A DNA stretch of 64,000 nt from NCBI RefSeq assembly GCF_001194135.2, contig NC_068990.1, positions 3,507,176 to 3,571,175 on the forward strand. The letters are read 5' to 3'. The DNA is from Octopus bimaculoides. Lineage: Eukaryota. The notes below the pieces were generated by a model that saw only the letters and a program-made list of their open reading frames with translations, did not search any database and was not told the DNA's origin. This document shows, one piece after another, positions 56,317-64,000 of this stretch. A program made the position numbers and the translations under genes. Positions within the stretch are counted from its first letter, which is position 1. Each line of letters opens with the position of its first letter.

Positions 56317-56318
<2 letters not shown>
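54587..56318 (-). mobile_element. 5'-truncated Penelope-like element 3: RT C-terminal part, GIY-YIG endonuclease and inverted terminal repeats of about 240 bp
   Basis: RT PIFWLRFIDGIFFVW..IKFT..SVGFFD..SQFWRIKRICT (about 55580-55990); EN LVYEVECTKNNFIYVGCTIEKLNKRF..KLAEHF (54911-55288); 54587-54830 is the reverse complement of about 56070-56318. Confidence 0.92.
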
Positions 56319-56395
<77 letters not shown>

Positions 56396-56416
56396 CACAA
56401 TCATAATAATAATAAT

Positions 56417-56940
56417 TGCCCTGAAGTAGTACCAGGCACTGGTTCTGATGGCTTCTCCTCTTAACTAATTGAAAGTGTTATTACGTACATGTTATGTCTT
56501 GGTATAAATGATGGGCTATAGCAAATATTCAGCTCAGTATCACACATTTGTTTGTCGGTTGTTTGACTTTAACCAGTAGAGCATGTCCGTGGGTGGCTGA
56601 TGATAGGTGCATCACTGATCACGGGAAGGAGTTGTGGGCGAGTTGTGCTGAGATGAATTCTTTGGGGCTTGATGTATGGGTGTTTTGTACATCTTTAAAC
56701 AAACCTTATTCAGGGGGCTTTTGAAAGGGATGGGCTGCTCGACCTGAAACAAATACTAACTGGGTCCCACCTGCAAGGCCCTGTGTTGTTTATCTAGATA
56801 TGAGATCACCCTGTCCTGCACATATGGTTGTAATGCATGTTCCTAGTGCATCATTATCAGACGTGGAGTCATGATGGGTATATTGGACTTCGTATAATTG
56901 CACCCCTATTGTCACTTTGATAGCATGCATTACTCTATAC
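56417..56940. repeat. GC-richer non-coding block of about 520 bp embedded between (TAA)n arrays; probable interspersed repeat
   Basis: Sharp boundaries against (TAA)n at about 56318-56416 and 56941-57176; no long ORF; one copy in the window. Confidence 0.55.
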
Positions 56941-57099
56941 TAATAATAATAACAGCAACAGCAACAGCAACAGCAACAACAACAACAGCAACAATAATGA
57001 TAATAATACTGAATAAATAATAATAATAAATAATTAAATAATAATAATAATTATAAATAATAATAATAATAACAACAACAATAATGATAATAATAATAA

Positions 57100-57176
<77 letters not shown>

Positions 57177-57184
57177 TGACGTGT

Positions 57185-58950
<1,766 letters not shown>

Positions 58951-59044
58951 GTAATTTAACTCAGAACATAAAGCCGGAAGAGATATTCCTAAACGTTTTG
59001 TCCGGTATGTTCAAGATCCTGTTACCTCACTGCTGGCAATATAT

Positions 59045-59730
59045 TATTATCAGCTCGATCTTGTGTGCTCTGGTCGATTCTGTGAGAGCGGACAGAGATC
59101 TCGCAGGGTCTTTTTGCATACATTATAAGCGTTGATACTCGGCCATTAATTGTCGTCGGGGACATTCAACATCCAAGTACCGATCTCAAAATCCTAGCTG
59201 ACCCCAGCAGCGCAGTTTTTTAGTGCTTGCTCTGCTCTCATGTCAATTCCGATTCCTTTGACATATTTCACGGACTTGGGTGTTAATGCTCCCAATGCCC
59301 CCCCACCCCCACCCATAACTACTGGTATGACAGACACTCTCCTCATAGTCCACATTCTTGCAATTCCGTCTTTTAGTAGTTTGTATTTTACAATTTATTC
59401 TAGTTCTTTGTCACATATGCGTGCATCTCCAGGTATTGCAATATCTATGACCTTGGTTTCCTTTTTTTTTAACTACCACAGCAACACCTCGTCTCCTCAG
59501 CTTCGATTTGGGAATCACAGTGGATTGTAAAATCCCGCAGTATCCTATATGCTCGGTGACTCCTTCTAGTTCATGTTCATACCATTTATGTGCTCTGTTC
59601 AAGCCGCACTTTTCACATAGCCTCCAGCGGACAAACTTAACTACGTTATAGCGCCTCCTTTTGAAGTGCTTTTAGGCCAGCTTGCTACACTCAAAATATG
59701 CCCCCTCCCGCAAAATTCAAGACTAGTTCC
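59045..59730 (-). mobile_element. R4/Dong-like LINE 3' end (zinc-knuckle remnant, RLE domain, 3' UTR)
   Basis: CSKLA..KRR.YNVVKFV.W.LCEK.GL..A.KWYEH..DFTIHCD..IE..KKETKVIDIAIPGDARICDKE..KYKLLKD.IARMW..VIPVV..ALG..TALLGSARILRSVLGC*; ends in ATAATAAT. Confidence 0.88.
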
Positions 59731-59992
59731 TATAATAGAAAGAATTATTATTATCATTATTATTATCATTATTATTATTGAGTGAGAGAGAGAGAGAGCA
59801 GTGCATGCCATCAAAGTGACACTGGGGTACAAATATACGAAGCTCAATATACCCACCATCACTATCTGTGTGATAAGAGTACACCAGACACATGCATCAC
59901 AAGCATATGTGAGCGACATGTGATCTCATACCAAGATAAACAACGCATGACTATGTACCGATGTTATTATTATCATTATTATTATTATTATT

Positions 59993-60037
<45 letters not shown>

Positions 60038-60569
60038 ATTATTAGTTTTTTTACTATCAACACTGAAATTATCCAGCTTCTAGCATGGAAATGTCAATTT
60101 TTGACAGGAGTCAAAAATATAGAAAACTGAAATGTAAAATATTACACCTGCTCGAGGTTTGAAATTTTCACATGAAGAAATAAAAAAAACGTTGACAAAG
60201 TCGTCATCTTGCCAGATATCATGGGACCTGTGAGAAGCTTGACAAAAAATTCAGTGATCCTTGAAAGCTGGATACAAATGTGGAAGTGAGTGCAGTAAAA
60301 AAAAAAAGAAAGAATTACTTGGAAATTATTTTCTGTAAGAAGGACACATAAATAATGGACGGAAGTAGCTTACAGAAAGGTGATGAGTGAATCTCAGCCT
60401 AGACCAGATATGTGGCGATAGTAAGGGTAAAGGAACTGGTTAGATCATAACACCCACGTACTTATATTCGATATAGTATTATGAATAATTATAACAAAGA
60501 TAATTCTTCTTGTGATAGGCATATTGCATGAAGGTTTGGAGGAGAGGGTTAGTCAATAATACTGACATC

Positions 60570-60698
60570 ATTTCTGAACTAGTACTTATCGAATTTATCG
60601 ACCCTAAAAATGATAGACAAGCTCGAAATCGGCGGAATTTGAACTTAGAACGTGAAGTGAGACGAATACTGCTAACGGTTCTGCAAGCTCCTCGCCTT
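60570..60698 (-). mobile_element. SINE family A, 5' part
   Basis: Minus: GGCGAGGAGCTTGCAGAACCGTTAGCAG..GTTCTAAGTTCAAATTCCGCCG..GGGTCGATAAATT. Confidence 0.8.
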
Positions 60699-61692
60699 AA
60701 TTATACTAATACTAGTAATAAAATTGTTTTTTATTGTCATAAAGACTCCATATACATAATATGACATGTTTCATGTAATACGCGTATTTGTCAAAATAGG
60801 AATATAATAAATGTTTCTATTTTGAGGCAAAAGTCCAGAAATTTTGAGTGGATGACATAGTCGATTACATCAATCCCAGTTGGTAGGTATGTGGTAACTG
60901 TTGTTTCTTATCAACACTGCTCACCAGCCTCAGACAATGATTTCAGGCAGAGCCACTAGACCGCGTATTATGCGAGAGGTTGTGGGTCACCATTCCGTTT
61001 CCAGGACTTCACAGGTTACTTATTTAATCGACCTCGGAATGGGAACGTCAAAATGTGAAGTAAACGAAATTGTACATATCTTGACGTGTTATCCATGCTT
61101 AACTTTTTTGCTATACTAATGATGAAGACGATAATGACGACGATGATGAAGGTGATGACGATAATGATAATGATAATGATAATGATTGTGTGGTGGTGAC
61201 AGTAGTGGTGATGGTAGTTGTGTTGTTTGTGGCGGTGCGTTGTTGGTGTTGATGAGTATGATAATGTGGATGATGCGGTAAGATGATTCCTTCTTCGAAA
61301 ATTAAATAAGCAAGTTTTTGTATATATAAAATTCCCTTTCATGTTGCTGTAATTCTTCGAAGCTATATTCATACCAAATAATCTCTCCCTAAATGTTGCA
61401 TTTCCCGTACTTATCATACAACTCCTGTCTTAATTATTCAACTAATTAAATATTGAAGAAGTAGTATTAGACTGATCCAAGTTCATTTCATTCCAATCTA
61501 TTTTGGCTTCTATTGCAATGTATGGCACATTATGTATTGAACCATAATTCTTTTGTAGTCACAACTGAAAGTCGATAGACGAATAAATAACGAGGCTACA
61601 TATTATAATTAATCATTAATCATCTCTAGAATTCCCAAGCTGTTTTTATTAACAAAAGAAAAAAATATGTAGCACACATTGACTGTTCACAC

Positions 61693-61738
<46 letters not shown>

Positions 61739-61891
61739 NNNNNNNNNNNNNNNNNNNNNNNNNNNNNNNNNNNNNNNNNNNNNNNNNNNNNNNNNNNNNN
61801 NNNNNNNNNNNNNNNNNNNNNNNNNNNNNNNNNNNNNNNNNNNNNNNNNNNNNNNNNNNNNNNNNNNNNNNNNNNNNNNNNNNNNNNNNNN

Positions 61892-61937
<46 letters not shown>

Positions 61938-62999
61938 ATTCCAAGCTATTCAGACTAGGTTTACCTATGATATAAGGATTCTAAGTGAAAGAGCAGGAAA
62001 TCTTCCTGTCCGCCTGAACCCAGGTTATCGGAAGCACTTATTCCATCAGTTTGAGTTCTAATCTAAAACAGTTGAGCTGCAGATTTTTATCCCAAAACAT
62101 GAAAATCATACAACTGGAGGGCTATTTTCGAGTGGCCCAGTACGCTATCGATTTAGCTACATTGCTTTTTAAATTACATCAATACTTTCTGGAGAAAATA
62201 ATTCGATGTTTAAAGAAAAGTGCTTCTTCTGTTGAAGTTGGTGATTAGATCTAGTATCACCATTTATTCCTCTCTGAATTTTATAAAAGTATTTGGGAAT
62301 AGTCAAAAATATTCTTCTTCTCATGAATATTCTCATGAATTTAATATTTGTTTTTAATTATAAATTTGCTTTATAGAATATTTTTTAGTCATTGATAACT
62401 GAATCTATAAGGAACAGCTGCAGTTTTTACTAGTTTCATTAGAAACACGTTAACTGTTGCACAGTATTGAAATTTAAGTCGTGAAGTTCTACAAATTCGT
62501 TTTTGAATTTTTTCAGCTTTCCAAGTGTTTCGGTTTTCAATGTAAATGTAATATCCCCCTGTGAATCTATTTCGCCATTAGAATTTCAAATACTGCTTTT
62601 ATTTATTATCATTTCGTGCTACATTTTACGTTGAGCGGTTTTTGGATGGTATCAATACCATATCAGTTTTCCTTTGAGAATTTTTCCGGAAAAAAAGATG
62701 CTTTAAGTGCTTTCCCACAACATGACTTTAATTGAAGGAACGATATTAAATGAATGTGAGTGTATACTACTGTTCCTGACAGAAATTAGTTACAATGCAT
62801 ATTTTTACCCATCATTTCGTTTCTAGTAATTCATTCAGCATTCCGAAAAATTCGAGTCTTCCTTCTTGAAGTTATATCGACAAAATTAGCACATGTACTT
62901 GAGTTTTATGTACCGATATACGTAAGGAGTTTAACCATATATAAAGAAACTCCATGTGTCACAAAATATCTCATTCTACCTTTTCGTGAGTATTGACAT

Positions 63000-63900
63000 T
63001 AAACACATCTTGAACAGAATCCTTCAGCGTCACCTTGCAGTAATCAATATAGAATTATCAATATAATTTGCGAATTGCCACAGTCGTTCGAGTATTAGGC
63101 AGGAAGACTGCAATCATTTATTCGAACTCTCTGCGCACTGTTTTCACTGCCCACCAAGGTTAACTTTATCTATCCTCCTTTGGGAAGCGATAAAGAGTAC
63201 CAATCTTGCGTGAGATGTTGATGGCACTATCAGAGGGTCGAGTACGATCCTCTGATGCACCTATTCTTGTAACTTACCAACTAGCAGCAAAACGTACGAT
63301 AAAACTGGCGCCAAACTATATTGGTCCAAGTCGGTGGAGTTTCTTTTGAATATGCATTGGTGTAACTGAGGTAGAAAATTTCCATGATGGGCCGCTATAA
63401 GTCTTCTTAAAAAATCATGCACGGAAACATCACGTCATGATCATTTTAAATCTGTCTTTAATTCCCGATGTATATATGTCTTTAATTCCCGACTTCCAAA
63501 AAATTCTGCTCACACTGTCATCACTAGCACTCGGAATGGCCAGCAGGATTTCGTTCCTCCTGCATTCCATAGACATGATTATATTTGACCGTTGACCTGC
63601 CAACAACCGAAGCGCCCAGAAGGTAGAGTCCAATGAACGCCCGATAAGTTTCCAAATACCAAAGAACTGAATGCCGGGCTTGGCAGAACAGAAGCACTGT
63701 GGCATTCTTGTGCATCAGAAGATCTGCGCAAAAACTTTCTCATGACCGACGAACATTCACCCCTATAGTCCTGCAATATCTATAGATATGTCGACCTTAC
63801 TGCATGAATGACCTATCGGAGCATTCTGAAACCCGTCGGCAGGTAGGCCTTCTGACAAGCGGAATTTGTTATTTCCACAAACGCAAAAGAGACGGTATTC
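63000..63900 (-). mobile_element. Decayed L1/Tx1-like AP endonuclease region
   Basis: Pieces VDI..LQDY (cf. VDV..LQETH) and LIGRSLD in the expected order; many stops and frameshifts. Confidence 0.45.
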
Positions 63901-63968
63901 TTAGCAGCAAAATGATCGAGGCACTAAATACGTTCACCCGCCTTTAATGATAAATGTACGTATAGGTA

Positions 63969-64000
<32 letters not shown>

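Overview
AT-rich, microsatellite-saturated eukaryotic scaffold with 9 N-gaps, nearly all abutting (TA)n/(CA)n/(CT)n/(GATA)n arrays. The SINE repertoire and repeat texture look like an octopus genome (inference from recalled repeat families, not a search). I could not identify a host protein-coding gene; only a few orphan candidate exons are offered, at low confidence. The window is mostly transposable-element debris: three Penelope-like (GIY-YIG) fragments, one with RT and inverted terminal repeats; three 3' ends of a CR1/L2-group LINE; two R4/Dong-like RLE LINE fragments beside (TAA)n arrays; L1/Tx1-like remnants; a full-length Tc1/mariner (maT/DD37D-like) element nested in a SINE; and at least three tRNA-type SINE families. 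I found no new multi-gene system. The best leads are a SINE-LINE shared 3' stem-loop with compensatory changes, a Penelope copy with inverted pLTRs carrying a decayed hammerhead-like motif, a (TAA)n-embedded cluster of Dong-like LINEs plus a 520-bp non-coding element, and a perfect 96-bp microsatellite palindrome. Most element boundaries are approximate.
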